Assembly (NCBI GenBank): GCA_964016885.1
Contig: OZ024741.1
Location: forward strand, 93,248,001 to 93,312,000
Reading direction: 5' to 3'
DNA: 64,000 bases
Source of the DNA: Eledone cirrhosa
Taxonomy: Eukaryota
Shown here: positions 52,860 through 64,000 of the stretch, one piece after another
Numbering within the stretch: the first letter of the stretch is position 1
Layout: every line of letters begins with the position of its first letter
Made by a program: the position numbers and the translations under genes
Notes under the pieces: model-generated
Told to the model about the DNA's origin: nothing
The model's input: only the letters and a program-made list of their open reading frames with translations
The model's database searches: none

Positions 52860-53938
52860 TTCAGTAGCAGCGGTCATCCCATCTATCTACTTCACTGTCT
52901 GTCTGTTGAGCGAGTAAGAAATGTGAGAGAGTGGTAGCTAAATAACTGTATTCATGATGATACTCCATAGTTGTCATGTGAAGTGACGTGCTGTTGTCTG
53001 GGGACTGAAGGGGACAAATGTGAGATAGATGACCATAATCGATGCACATATTTTTCTGGGTCTGGAAGTTCCTGTGGCGAAACAGGGGTAATCATTTGAC
53101 CAGGTAAAGCGAGCACCGTGCTATACACCAGTTCAGCCGAAGTATGTCTGACTTCCTCCTTGACAGTGGAACGAATACCAAGAAGAATGAGTGGAAGGTA
53201 TCCAAACCAGTTAGCGGAATATGGGTAAGCCTTGATAGCTACTTTTAGTTGACGGTGTAAGCGTTCAACCATGCTGTTAGCTGCAGAGTGATATGCTGTT
53301 GTACAGGTGTATTTACATACAAGGAGACGAGTCAGCTCGATGAAGAAGTGAGAATTGAACTGACGTCCTCTGTCACCTCTTCGGGTGAGCCGAAACGCGA
53401 AACCCAGTGAAACACTAGCGTTTTGGCGACAGTTTCCGCGGTAATATCCGTCAGGGGAAAAGCTTCTATCCTGTGAGAAGGAGGCAGAGGTCCAACAATG
53501 TCTATGTGCACGTATTGGAAACGTACATCTGGTGTTGCAAAGGAACCGATGGGAGATTTAATGTGCCGGTGAATTTTCACTTTTTGGCACACGATACAGT
53601 TCCTAGCCCATTCATGGGTGCCCTTGTTGATATTGGGCCACACAAAGCGGCTAGCTACCAGTTTTTGTGCTAGAGAATGCAGTACAGAAAAAACGTTGCG
53701 TCAATGTTTCTGGGGCACATATGGGCGTTCATGGCCGGTGGAGATGACGCACCAAATATATCCTGAAGCAGAAGGTAGCAGGCATTCTTCAAATTTCGAA
53801 AATGAATTGTGGAGCTGTAGCAGTTCCTCGTCATATTGTTGATCAGCTGCAATCCACTGGAGATCAATAGTGGCAGTGGTGTGGATTGCATTAAGCTCCA
53901 TGCGCGACAGGGCATCATCTGCTGAGTTGGTCGCACCC
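52860..53938 (-). mobile_element. Gypsy LTR retrotransposon integrase region, decayed
   Basis: [48 protein letters not shown]. Confidence 0.88.
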
Positions 53939-53942
53939 TTAA

Positions 53943-55790
53943 CACTTTAGCATTCACATTAATTTTCAAATGTCATGCTTATCTATTCACATTATTTTGA
54001 GTTAATCATACTCAAGAGGGTTATCAATTTTATTTGTTTGTAATTTTCTTAATTTTCTATGTGCAGACTTGAAATTTTGTCAGTAGATGTTAAAATATCA
54101 ATAATTTACAATTGTATATTTTTACTGATTTCTTTTTGTTAAATTTGACTTTTATGGGCAGGTGAAATTAATTAACAGGTGTAAACTTTATGGATAAACA
54201 CAAAAATTAAAACTTTATCTGACTTACTTGTTAGATCTGTTACAAAAAATATCCAACAATGACCTAGATGTTGACTTCCAACAATTTTAGCACTCTTCCG
54301 AACAGGTGAATTAATTTTAAATGCAGGTATAATCAGTACAAGGTTTTAGTCTGTCTCTACATTCCATGCAAATATTTTCATTGAAAAAAATGTATAAAAC
54401 CCTTTCACCAGTCAAAATAATATTGGCAAATATACTCATACACAATGTACTGAGTAGATTTTAAAAGAATTTGCTCAATATACAAGTTCATTAACAGGTG
54501 TGACACAGGTGAATGCAGCTGTTTTTGTATATAATGTGTTCCAATATATTTTTTCAATTTTTTTTCAATATTGTCAGACAATATTTCTATAATGATATTG
54601 GCCAAAACAGCCTTTACATAATGGCACTTTGCAAAAGGAACACATAAACGTGGTTTGAATTCCATAACCTTTAACAGTTTTTCTCTTTTGCAACGAGCAC
54701 ATTCGGCAAACCTTCTTCCTCCCATTAATTTTCTCCACTTTGTGAAAATCAATATTTTCTTTGTTCACCTCAGATAATTTCGACTTTCTCCAAGCTTTGT
54801 GTTTACGAGAAGTATATCCTCCACGTAGCTGAGATGTGACGTCCACACAAAATTTCATGTGGCAGTAGTCTTTTGGTGGTGGCGGATCCTTGTGGCTTCT
54901 AGTGAATGCAATAAAAGAATTCACAATGGTTAAATTCACTAAAAACCACAATATGTATCTCCACCATTTCTTTATGCACAATATTGGTCGGATTTGTCAA
55001 CCCTGCCCATATATTTATTATAGGAAAGGTTGACTAAGGGTTTACCTTCAGCCCCAACTCCTGGTTGTTGGTTAGAAGACAGGAACAAAATTTGCCGTTT
55101 GTCTTTGTACAATGTGGCTAACATGTTCCCTTTTTGCACTTGGAGAATGTCCCCTCTCTTTTTAAATTTTGTGACTTTTATTTCTTGGGGTAGCCCTTTG
55201 CGATTCCCCATTATTGTACCGCAGGTGTACGTATTTACGAGGGCAAGATCCTCTGCTAGAAGCACTGAAGAAAAAAAAACGGTCTAAATATGTGTCTGTG
55301 TTGAGAGCGGAAGGGTTCAGTCAGAGACCACACAACATCGTACCCCAATCCATTTTTTTCTCTCTCCGTTGTGTTTCTTTCCTGTGTAATCATCGAAGTT
55401 TGCACAGTAGTCTGTGTCCGATTCACAGAGTTCCCACACCTTGATGCCCCATTTAGTGGGTTTAGCTGGCATATATTGTCTGAAATGTACTCTACCCTTA
55501 TAGCCAATCATAACTTCATCAACACTAAGATTTTTCCCAGGTATATATACTGTATTAAATTTTTCAGATAGCATTTTAATTAATGGTCGAACTTTATACA
55601 GAGGGTCATAATTCAAATCATTTCTACCGGGGTCATTTGAAGTATCAACCAGGTGCAAATATTGGTTTAATTTTGAATGCCTTGTTTTTGCCATAATACT
55701 TGATATATAAGGATCACTAAACCTTATATCAGTGCTCCAGTAATTCCACAGTCTTGGAAATTGTTTTATACCAAACATAATATTTATGGT
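53943..55790 (-). mobile_element. piggyBac transposon (PGBD4-like transposase), 5' truncated and frameshifted
   Basis: SVDEVMIGYKGR..YMPAKPTKWGIKVW, YNKYMGRVDKSDQ, Cys-rich tail CRMC..CSFCKVPLC..C..H. Terminus TTAA|CACTTTAGC at 53939-53951. Confidence 0.88.
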
Positions 55791-55799
55791 AAAAACCGA

Positions 55800-56250
55800 T
55801 GAGTCTCTAGGACCAGACGGTGAGGTGAATCTGTCACAGTATCACACAGAATCTGAGAGTCCGAAATGGGTACAGGTAGGTATTTGAATTTGCAGGTTGC
55901 TAATTCAGGTGAAGAGAGATCCAATGACTCTAGGGTTGGCTATTCAGCAGCCATAAGATGCAAGTCAATATTCGCAGTTGCTGACAAGGCATTTTAAAGG
56001 CCAAATGCTGCAACACGCACCTGTGTCGATGAGGCAGCGTGCATGCGAGAAGGAATCTGTAATGAAAAATGCACAACTTTCAGTACAGGATTGCAGAGAA
56101 GACGTTGTGCTTAATTCTCCATTACTTTTCCCTGGTGTGAAAAAGAACAAGGCTTGGATACATTTATGAGCAGAAGCGCCGAAACAGTTATGATACCAGC
56201 ATGATCGCAATGATGAAGGTTGGAAACAACGATGTGAATATTGCGAGCGA
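55800..56250 (-). mobile_element. Gypsy gag/protease fragment
   Basis: CWYHNCFGASAHKC; aspartic protease LIDTGACCSIWP. Confidence 0.75.
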
Positions 56251-56259
56251 TTTCGCAAA

Positions 56260-57441
56260 CATATGTTATCCCTTCGGGTGTCGGGATCCATTTGGTGTAG
56301 ATGCTCTAACACCTTGGAACTGTTGACATGTCCTGGCAGGGTGTTCAGTAGGGGTTTTAATATTTTAGCTAGGAGCCATGAAATTTTGTAAAGCGGTCCT
56401 TCCACGCTGGATACAATAGGCTTGATTTTCAGGTCGGGTCCCTATTTGTGGGTTTTCATGAGGTAATAGAAGGCAGGTAGTCTACTGTTCTTCGTAAGGA
56501 GGTTGTTTCTAAGCTTCTTTGGGAGTTTCTACCTGTCGCAAATGTTGGTCCAAGTGGTGTTGATATGCTCCTCGATCTGCGCAGGAGTGATCCCTCTGAC
56601 CTTAGAGTAGAGGCTGTCATCGTCAAGGTGTCGGAGAGCTAAGGTGTTGTAGGCCTCTCTGTTCATGACGAAGAATTCCTTTCCCTTGTCAGAGGGGAGG
56701 TAAATGAGGTTCCTCGATTTCAGGTTGTTAGAGTGGTGAGTTGTGATTTAGTGAGGTTGTGTGTTGTGCATGTGTGTGTGTGTGTGTGTGTGTTTATGTA
56801 GGATGTCAGAGATAGTGTTTCAACCTGATGAGTTTAGTGTTGAGTTCGTGGTTGGCGGGTGGAGTGGAGTGGGTTGTCAAGGTGGTATGTAGGAAACTTG
56901 GGGCGGGTTGTGTAGGTGGTGTCGTTGATGGCGGTCACCCATTTAAGCTGGTAGGCGGCTCGGCAGAAGTTGGCTTTGATGTCGAGCCGCTGTGAGACAA
57001 AGAACTTGGGTCCGAGGCGTAGGGGTTCCAGCTTGTCGTTTGTGAGCGTACCGGTTAGTTGGTGACCAGATGTGACATGGCAGTGGCGGTTGCTATATTG
57101 CTGTCCGTTATGTGGTCCTGGTTCGTCTGTCTGTTGGTGTTTTCATTGTAGAGTTTACACAAGGTCCACTCAAATTTCTGCTAGAGCCATTTCTTTTCGT
57201 GTTGGACTCTGGAGTGGTAACACTGGTTGATTGCTTTTGTGGTTTTAAGGAGTAAGTCGTCAGGTGTCAGTGTTAGGCGATGTATCTGCTCTGAGAGTGT
57301 CCATTTGTGGATGTGCAATTGACAGTGGAGATACCGCAGGATCTTCTTGATACATAAGCGGTGTATGCGACTAGCAGTGTTTTGAAAAGTTGGCGTACGC
57401 AGGCATCCTGGTAGACGGATGTTCTTGATGATGGTGGGCAT
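56260..57441 (-). mobile_element. Penelope-like RT N-terminal fragment
   Basis: PSDKGKEF, LPAFYYLMKTHK, IKPIVSSVEGPLYKISWLLAKILKPL. Confidence 0.75.
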
Positions 57442-57444
57442 ATT

Positions 57445-57780
57445 TGTTTGTAAGTGTTGCTGTCAAAATCAAAAAAGTTGTTTTGTAAAATAAATTTTAA
57501 TCCCTCGGTGATGAAGCTTTTTTCTATTCTTTCTGGGATCTCATTGGAGTATTTTTCTAGCCAGAATCCTATTGCTTCTAGTCCGTATTAGTGTGGGATC
57601 GTCGTGTAGAGGTTCACTACATCGAAAGACGCAATAATAGTGTCGTTGTTGACATGTTTAGGGAGGTGGTTTAAGAGGTCCAGGTTGTCTCTTACAAGGC
57701 TCGGTATGTGTTTGAGAATTGGTTTTAGTAGTATATCTATAAAGTTGTTCAGTCTATGTGTTTCACATTGTGGGCCCGCT
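57445..57780 (-). mobile_element. Second, distinct Penelope-like RT fragment
   Basis: AGPQCETHRLNNFIDILLKP..SFDVVNLYTTIPH..FILQNNFFDF. Confidence 0.8.
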
Positions 57781-57781
57781 A

Positions 57782-58660
57782 CATCATCATCATTTTACGT
57801 CCGCTTTTCCCTGCTTGCAAGGGTGGGATCGGTCCTATTCAGCACAGCATCTCTCTACTTGTCACGGTCCTTGAAGTCCTCTGCTAGCATAATGATGTCT
57901 CTGTCCTCTGTCATTGTGGCTGTTTCTAAAAGTTGCTCATAAAAGCAGTCTTTCTCTTCTCTACCTAGGCCCGCCTGGGGAGCATAGGTAGAGATGATTG
58001 TCAGCTGTTTCTTGCCTACAACTAATCTAATCTTAATTATTCTATTACTGACTCTATTATCTTATCGATCCATCTCTCAGCCAGTAAAATGCCTACCTCA
58101 CCTAACCCATCATCATTACCTACCCAGAAAAGCTTATAACTAAGATGTTTGCCTCTGATTAGTCTTGCAGAAGTACCTCTCCATCTGACCTCTTGCACGC
58201 AGTACACATCCACATTAGCATCTCCACTATCTCACCAGATCTACCTGTTGGAGTGCCAACATTAAGTGTGGCAACTCTGAGATGCAACGTCTTCATATTC
58301 TTGTTCTTGTTGTGGTGCGATTGCTTGATGACGGTTGGAGCGTTCTTGCACATGGCTGCACCAGCCACCCCATTACCGTGCACAGCCCTAACATGGTTAG
58401 TGTTATTGCAATACTTATTTGTTGTGCTCATAATTTTTGGCATTAATATATACTGTTTGGATGCCCTTCCTAACAGCAGCACCACTTTACAGCATGAACT
58501 GGGTGTTTTTATTCGTGCCATCAACACTAGAGAGGTTGTCTTACCGGATTCAGGGGCCCTCTCTACCCCTTCATTTTACAGCATGGACCAGGTGCTTTTA
58601 TTCGTGCCACCAGCACTAGGGAAGTTGTCTTACTGGGCTTAGGGGACTTCTGTACCCCGC
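57782..58660 (-). mobile_element. RTE-PHD-related remnants: 3' tip, APE fragment and repeated UTR-like segments
   Basis: (GAT)n tail at 57782; [32 protein letters not shown]; GGATGCCCTTCCTAAC motif. Confidence 0.75.
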
Positions 58661-58895
58661 ACGGTGTCATTGTAATGTTTGAATGGCTGTCTTTTTTCTT
58701 TTTCAAGGCCAGTAACATCGGTTTCTAGTGTTGTTGTTGCTGCTGCTGCTGTTTTTTATTTTAGCTACGCTAAGTTCGTAACCATAGCAACAAGGGAGGT
58801 AGGGGTGTTGCATTCAAAACTTTTGAATTTTGTTTTTCTTTTGATGTTGGGTTTGTCTGTATTCTGCTCTGTAGTTCTTCACCTTGTTACTTATA

Positions 58896-60115
58896 CAGGT
58901 ACTCCTCGTTTAACGAACGGGTTACATTCCAATGACCCGTTCGTTAAGCGAAATGATCGTTAAACGAGTGACTTTCTGCCGACATTGGGCATATAGACCT
59001 GTACAGTAGAGTACAGTATATATTCTTGATATTGTTTCTTTATTTCGATGAATAGTTTTTAACTTAAAATCATATACACAGAACTATAGCTTTTCTTTAT
59101 AAAGTATATTACTGTACAGTAGTCTTATTTTTTGTTTTAGCTGTGGATTTCAAGGTTTTCAAACTTAAGCTCGGCTATATTATGGGCACTGAATAACCTT
59201 TCGCTCGGCCAACATTCGTCATATACGTTCAGAATAAATCTGGATATATTGTTTCTTTATTTTGACTAATACCTTTTAACTTTAAATCGTATGTTATACA
59301 TAGCACTATAGATTTTCTGTATAAATTATATTAAAGCCTTACTTTTTGTTTTAGCTGTGGATTTTAAGGTTTTCAAAGCTAGGCTAGACTATCTTATTGG
59401 CACCGAATAGCTTCTGTCTTTAACACTCGGCAATATATTTTTCATGTTATCTTTTTATTTTCTCTCTTGTATGATAAGCTATTTGCACAATACACATCAT
59501 ATTACAGTACTACAGATATTTGGTATGTATGTATGTGGGGTTGGAGTCGGAGTTTTCACCAGAAAGCTCAGCATAAATGACTGTTTTGTTTGCTTTTTTT
59601 TTCTCATAAATTTCACGATAGCAACGTAGTCCATCTTCCAAATGTCTTTGAAATTTTGCCAAGTGTTCAATGTTAGGATCCATTGCTTCCAATCCTGACA
59701 TCACCTTACTCATATGTGTGAATACTTCCGCCAAGCCCTTAACGGTGAACTTTTTCTGTTCCTTATCTGGTTGTTCTGCTGCTTCCAACTCTTCTCTATG
59801 TCTCAGCTCTTCCAACTCTATTAAATCTTCGTCAGTCAACTCTCCTTCAACAAAGTTCACTAAATTTTCCACATCTTGCGCATCCACTTCCAACCACAAC
59901 TTTTGAGCAAGACCAACAATTTTATTACTTTCCACTTCAAAATCTGAATTTTTATCAAAACCTTCAAAATTATTAACAAACCTTTTCAAGCACTTTTTCC
60001 ATACACCTTTCATACATTTTTCACTCACGTCCCGCCAAGCTCCGTCAATGTTCTTGATGCAGTTGACAATATTAAAATATTTCCAAAATTCACGAAGATC
60101 CAGGAATGACAACAA
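58896..60115 (-). mobile_element. Tigger/pogo DNA transposon, 3' half
   Basis: TA|CAGGTACTCCTCGTTTAACG terminus. TIGD1-like C-terminus LREFWKYFNI..AWRDVS..GVWKK..ELTDEDLIELE..CYREIY. Confidence 0.85.
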
Positions 60116-60283
60116 CAGGATCTAAATCAACAAACGATAGAATTCGACTGCACGATTTCAGAGTCATGTTTGATCACCACATCGATCGTGCCTCGAGCTG
60201 GTCGCCCGAGAAACAATTGTAATATGTCCAATAAATTCCTTTCGTCACAACACTGATTCTCTTTTTTCTGTGATATATATATA

Positions 60284-60319
<36 letters not shown>

Positions 60320-60323
<4 letters not shown>

Positions 60324-62320
60324 CGAAGAAATTGATGAAAGAGAAGCAAGCCGAACTAATGTTATGTGTTATGGTGAGCCATACCTATAATCAACCGTAC
60401 CGCAGTCACGCTAGTGTAACAAATAGTAGAATAGATAATCACACCAATAAATACGGCCCACATTGTAATTACAAAGGTAGCAGGACTGGATTACTTCAAC
60501 TAAAGTATCATGGTCCGGTTAATAGTAGCAGCTGCAGCCTACTTCAGTTATTCCCTGCTTACGGGCTTAATAAATGTAATGGCCTATTACCTACACCCTC
60601 TAACCCGCCTACGGCTACACGGAACCACCACACAGGGACAACTCGTGCACCGGGCATAACACAAACAAAATGCACATTAGGCAGCAACACATTAGCGACG
60701 ATAAGAATGGTCACCCCGACAGCACTGCCCATAGTAAACCCACAGCTAGACGTAACCGCCAACGTAATGTCCTGTGGTTCCATCCTCCTTACTCTCGGAG
60801 TGTGGCCTCCGACTTACCTAGAATCTTCTTCGAGGCCTTAGAGAAAAACTTCCCACCTAACCATAAATACAGAAAAATCCTCAATAAGAATAACGTAAAA
60901 AAAAATCCTTCCCCACTACACCCAATCTAGCTGACCTCATAGCGATAAGTAACTACAACAAGCTCACTAAAACACAGCATCCTAGCAGAGACAATTTTAG
61001 GGAGGACGGCAGCTCAGATAACCTTAGTGATTCCCTAGCCGCATCCGCCAATGTTGGTGGTAACCTTGACCGGCACGATTGCTGAAATAGTAGCGCTACT
61101 GATGGCTGCAGTAGTGACCTTAATAGTGCGAACAACTACAGTAGAAGGCACTGTAAAATGCGACGTACGCATGGTACTACCCTGTGTGTCCTTAGCTATG
61201 GTAATACTAACGACAATAATAGTAGCCGTTGTGCTGATAATAATAATAATAATATTACGGGGAGGGGTACTAACACCCACCACTTTGGAGTGGACCATAG
61301 TAAGCACTACAACTGTTCCTGCTAACTCTCCACTCCGGGGCCAATGCCTAACTAAAAATGTTATATATAGATGTACTGTTACTAGCCACAATAGTGTCAA
61401 ATATTACATAGGGGCCACTTCTGGGTCGTTCAAGACTAGATTTCGAGCACATCTCCACTCTTTTAGGAATAGGAAGCTAAGATACTCTACATCCCTCGCC
61501 AATTACATCACCCAATTAAATGACTCTAGCATTAACTTCTCCACTTATTGGGAAATTGTCAACCAGGCAACACCCTACGACTTCAAGAAAAACTGCCAGC
61601 TCTGTCTTATGGAACTGTACTATATAGTGCAAGCATCCCCTGATCCCATCAACAGTTGAGCTGAAACCGTCATCAATAGCGGCCATAGACTACAACAGTC
61701 GTTACATAGATGGATCCCGGATAATACTCAAACACCATAACACCAGGGCCTTTTACACCGTGCCTTGGCATGTCTTAAAACGGCCGGCTAAAAATTAAAC
61801 ATCTGTGAACAATACTATTATCCAGCCCCCGTCATCCCTCAAGGGTGTTGCACTACATATGTTCAGATTGGATTACCTCATTGTATTCTTCCACCCTAAT
61901 GGAATAAATTTTGAGTATCTCTGCAGAATTGATGATTGTACCATTTAAACACCGTGGACGTATAATCATGTAACTGTGCAGGGTCTAGCGTTTATGCCTT
62001 TATATTTCTCGGTGTTTAAGCCTATGTTGAAATTGCAGCTTTATACTAATTTAAACCGGTGCATAATCTTCATTGACCTTAATCTTATTGAACACTCACA
62101 TTCATATCTTAACTGTACCTCATTAAATTGGCTTGACAAAGCATAATTAAATTAGCACGTAGTAACTAGATGTAGTGGAATAAATAAATATTTGGTAATA
62201 TGGGCTTTAATTTAGATTAATCCAAATAACACCGGAATTACTTCCCTTTGTTCACAAACATAAACATTTAACTTTGTAACACCGAGATAAGAATTTCGAT
62301 GTTAAAATCATACTCATACC
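60320..62320 (+). mobile_element. Penelope-like element, 3' part with GIY-YIG, decayed
   Basis: RNVLWFHPPYS..FPPNHKYRKILNKN; CLTKNVIYRCTV..YYIGATSGSFKTRFRAH..CQLCLME. Confidence 0.85.
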
Positions 62321-62349
62321 CATTCAGGGTTCTTTGTTAAATCCTTTAT

Positions 62350-63590
62350 TTCCTTGTATGCCTCTGAAGAAGCTGTCAAGTTTCTTCTGCTTCGCGTAGG
62401 GGGTCCAAGCTTTACTGCTGTAGAGCAGAGTGCTGAGCACACAGGCCTGGTAGATGCGCAGCTTGGTCTTCTCTGTGAGGCAGGGATTGTTCCAGACTCT
62501 CTGACTCAGGTTGACCATAACTGCTGCAACCTTGGTGATCCTGCTGTTCACCTCTGTATCTAGTTGTGAGCGAGCCTGAGATGGTGGACCCGAGGTAGGT
62601 AAACTTGTCGACAGCCTCCAGGGCGTGCCCGTCAATGGTGATGGTTGGAGGGTGATCTGTGCCCTGTGCCATGACATTTGTCTTCTTTAGACTGATGGTC
62701 AGTCCGAACTCCTTGCAGGCGTGGGAGAGGCGACTGACAAGCAGCTGTAAGCCCTCTTCCAAGTGCAACGTCAGGGATACATCATCAGCAAAGAACATCT
62801 CACGAATAAGAACCTAGGTCACCTTGGTCTTGGCATAGAGACGGGCAATGTTGAAGAGCCTGTCATTAGCTCTGGTGTGGATGTACACACCCTCACTGCA
62901 GTCCTTGAAGGCGTACTGGAGGAGCATCGAGAAGAAGATGCTGAAAAGTGTCGCCGCAAGGACACAACCCTGCTTCACGCCACTGCTAACAGGGAAGGCC
63001 TCGAATATAGTGCCGTTGAGGCAAACTGTGCTGCGCATGTTCTCGTAGAACAAGATGACACAGCAAGCAGGTGTGGGGGTCAGCCAATCTTCTGAAGAAG
63101 CCTTGAAGAGTTCGCTCCTGCTGACCAGGTCAAACACCTTCGCCAAGTCGATGAAGGCGAGGTAGAGAGGCATCTGTTGCTCCTGACATTTTCTCTTGAA
63201 GTTGGCACAGTGAGAACACCATATCCACCATTGATCGTTCAGCACAAAAGCTGCTCTGAGACTCAGGGTAGGCGAGGGTCTGCAGACGAGCCAGGACAAC
63301 TCGGGCAAATACCTTTCCCATGATGCTAAGAAGGGAGATCCCTTGATAGCTGTTGCAGTCATTTCTATCTCCCTTGTTCCTGTACAAGGTGATGATGATA
63401 GCGTCATGCATGTCCTGGGGTATGTGTCCCCTCCCAACATCGACAGAGGAGTGCATGCAGGGGCTGGAGCAGCGCAGCTTTCCCGCACTTCAGAACTTCC
63501 GCAGGTATGCCGTCGCTCCCTGGGGTCTTCCCATTGGTGAGGCAGTCAATGGCTTTACCAAGCTCCTCTCATGTGGACTGCATGTCGAGC
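62350..63590 (-). mobile_element. Decayed RTE-BovB-like RT fragment
   Basis: GISLLS, FIDLAKVFD, GVKQGCVLA, FADD, ISLKKTNV, YQACVLSTLLY. Confidence 0.88.
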
Positions 63591-64000
63591 TTGTAGTGAT
63601 CTACATTCCGCGGGCTCACATACATTCTCTGTGCGTGATTTGGCTCAGCTCAGCCAATCAGCGCCAGTAGAAGAGGATGTATCCCTACGCGTTCTGAGGG
63701 AGAAATAGCCCGCAAAGATTTGAAGACGCTATCACTTCCAGCTAGGCCGTGCTAAGGTAAACACCACTTGTTCTTTTGCTCCGCCAGCACAAACAATATG
63801 TAACGACACAACAATTTTACCACAGAATTGGCTAAACGCCTCAGCCAGTCGACCGTATTTTCTCTTGTAATCTTAATTGATTTGTTTCATTTCTCTTGGC
63901 ATGCCAGCCTAATTCACTTCTTAACCTTGGTTAATAAAGAATGTAAAAACAAGCTAAAGTCGTCAATATTCCTATCATATCTTTCTACCAAACCTGGTTC

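Noticed and set aside
54574-55778. Domesticated host PGBD gene (likewise TIGD at 59510-60115)
   Set aside because: Both are frameshifted or truncated and retain a transposon terminus, so they are TE remnants.

Overview
Eukaryotic, gene-free, transposon-saturated window. The repeat families and (TA)n tracts suggest an animal, plausibly a cephalopod such as an octopus; this is inference. No host gene, rRNA, true tRNA or CRISPR array is supported. Contents: three Helitron remnants (one near full length, with termini, an intron and STPR-like repeats); an RTE-clade LINE family with a PHD finger (one open 1042-aa ORF plus several broken copies); an RTE-BovB-like LINE with an open ORF and three C2H2 fingers; a near full-length L1/Tx1-clade LINE; CR1-like and other RTE-like RT remnants; many Penelope-like element (PLE) fragments; Gypsy, piggyBac and Tigger remnants; tRNA-derived SINEs; and long (TA)n tracts. 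Two signals stand out. (1) Eight hammerhead ribozyme motifs, plus one with stem II deleted, can be read directly from the sequence. They are tied to PLE pseudo-LTRs and inverted repeats, and one carries a built-in antisense segment that could act as a conformational switch. (2) There is an extreme strand bias: 21 of 23 protein-coding TE remnants from unrelated classes lie on the minus strand, as in a flamenco-like unistrand piRNA cluster or a long intron. Element boundaries were read by eye and are approximate unless termini are quoted.
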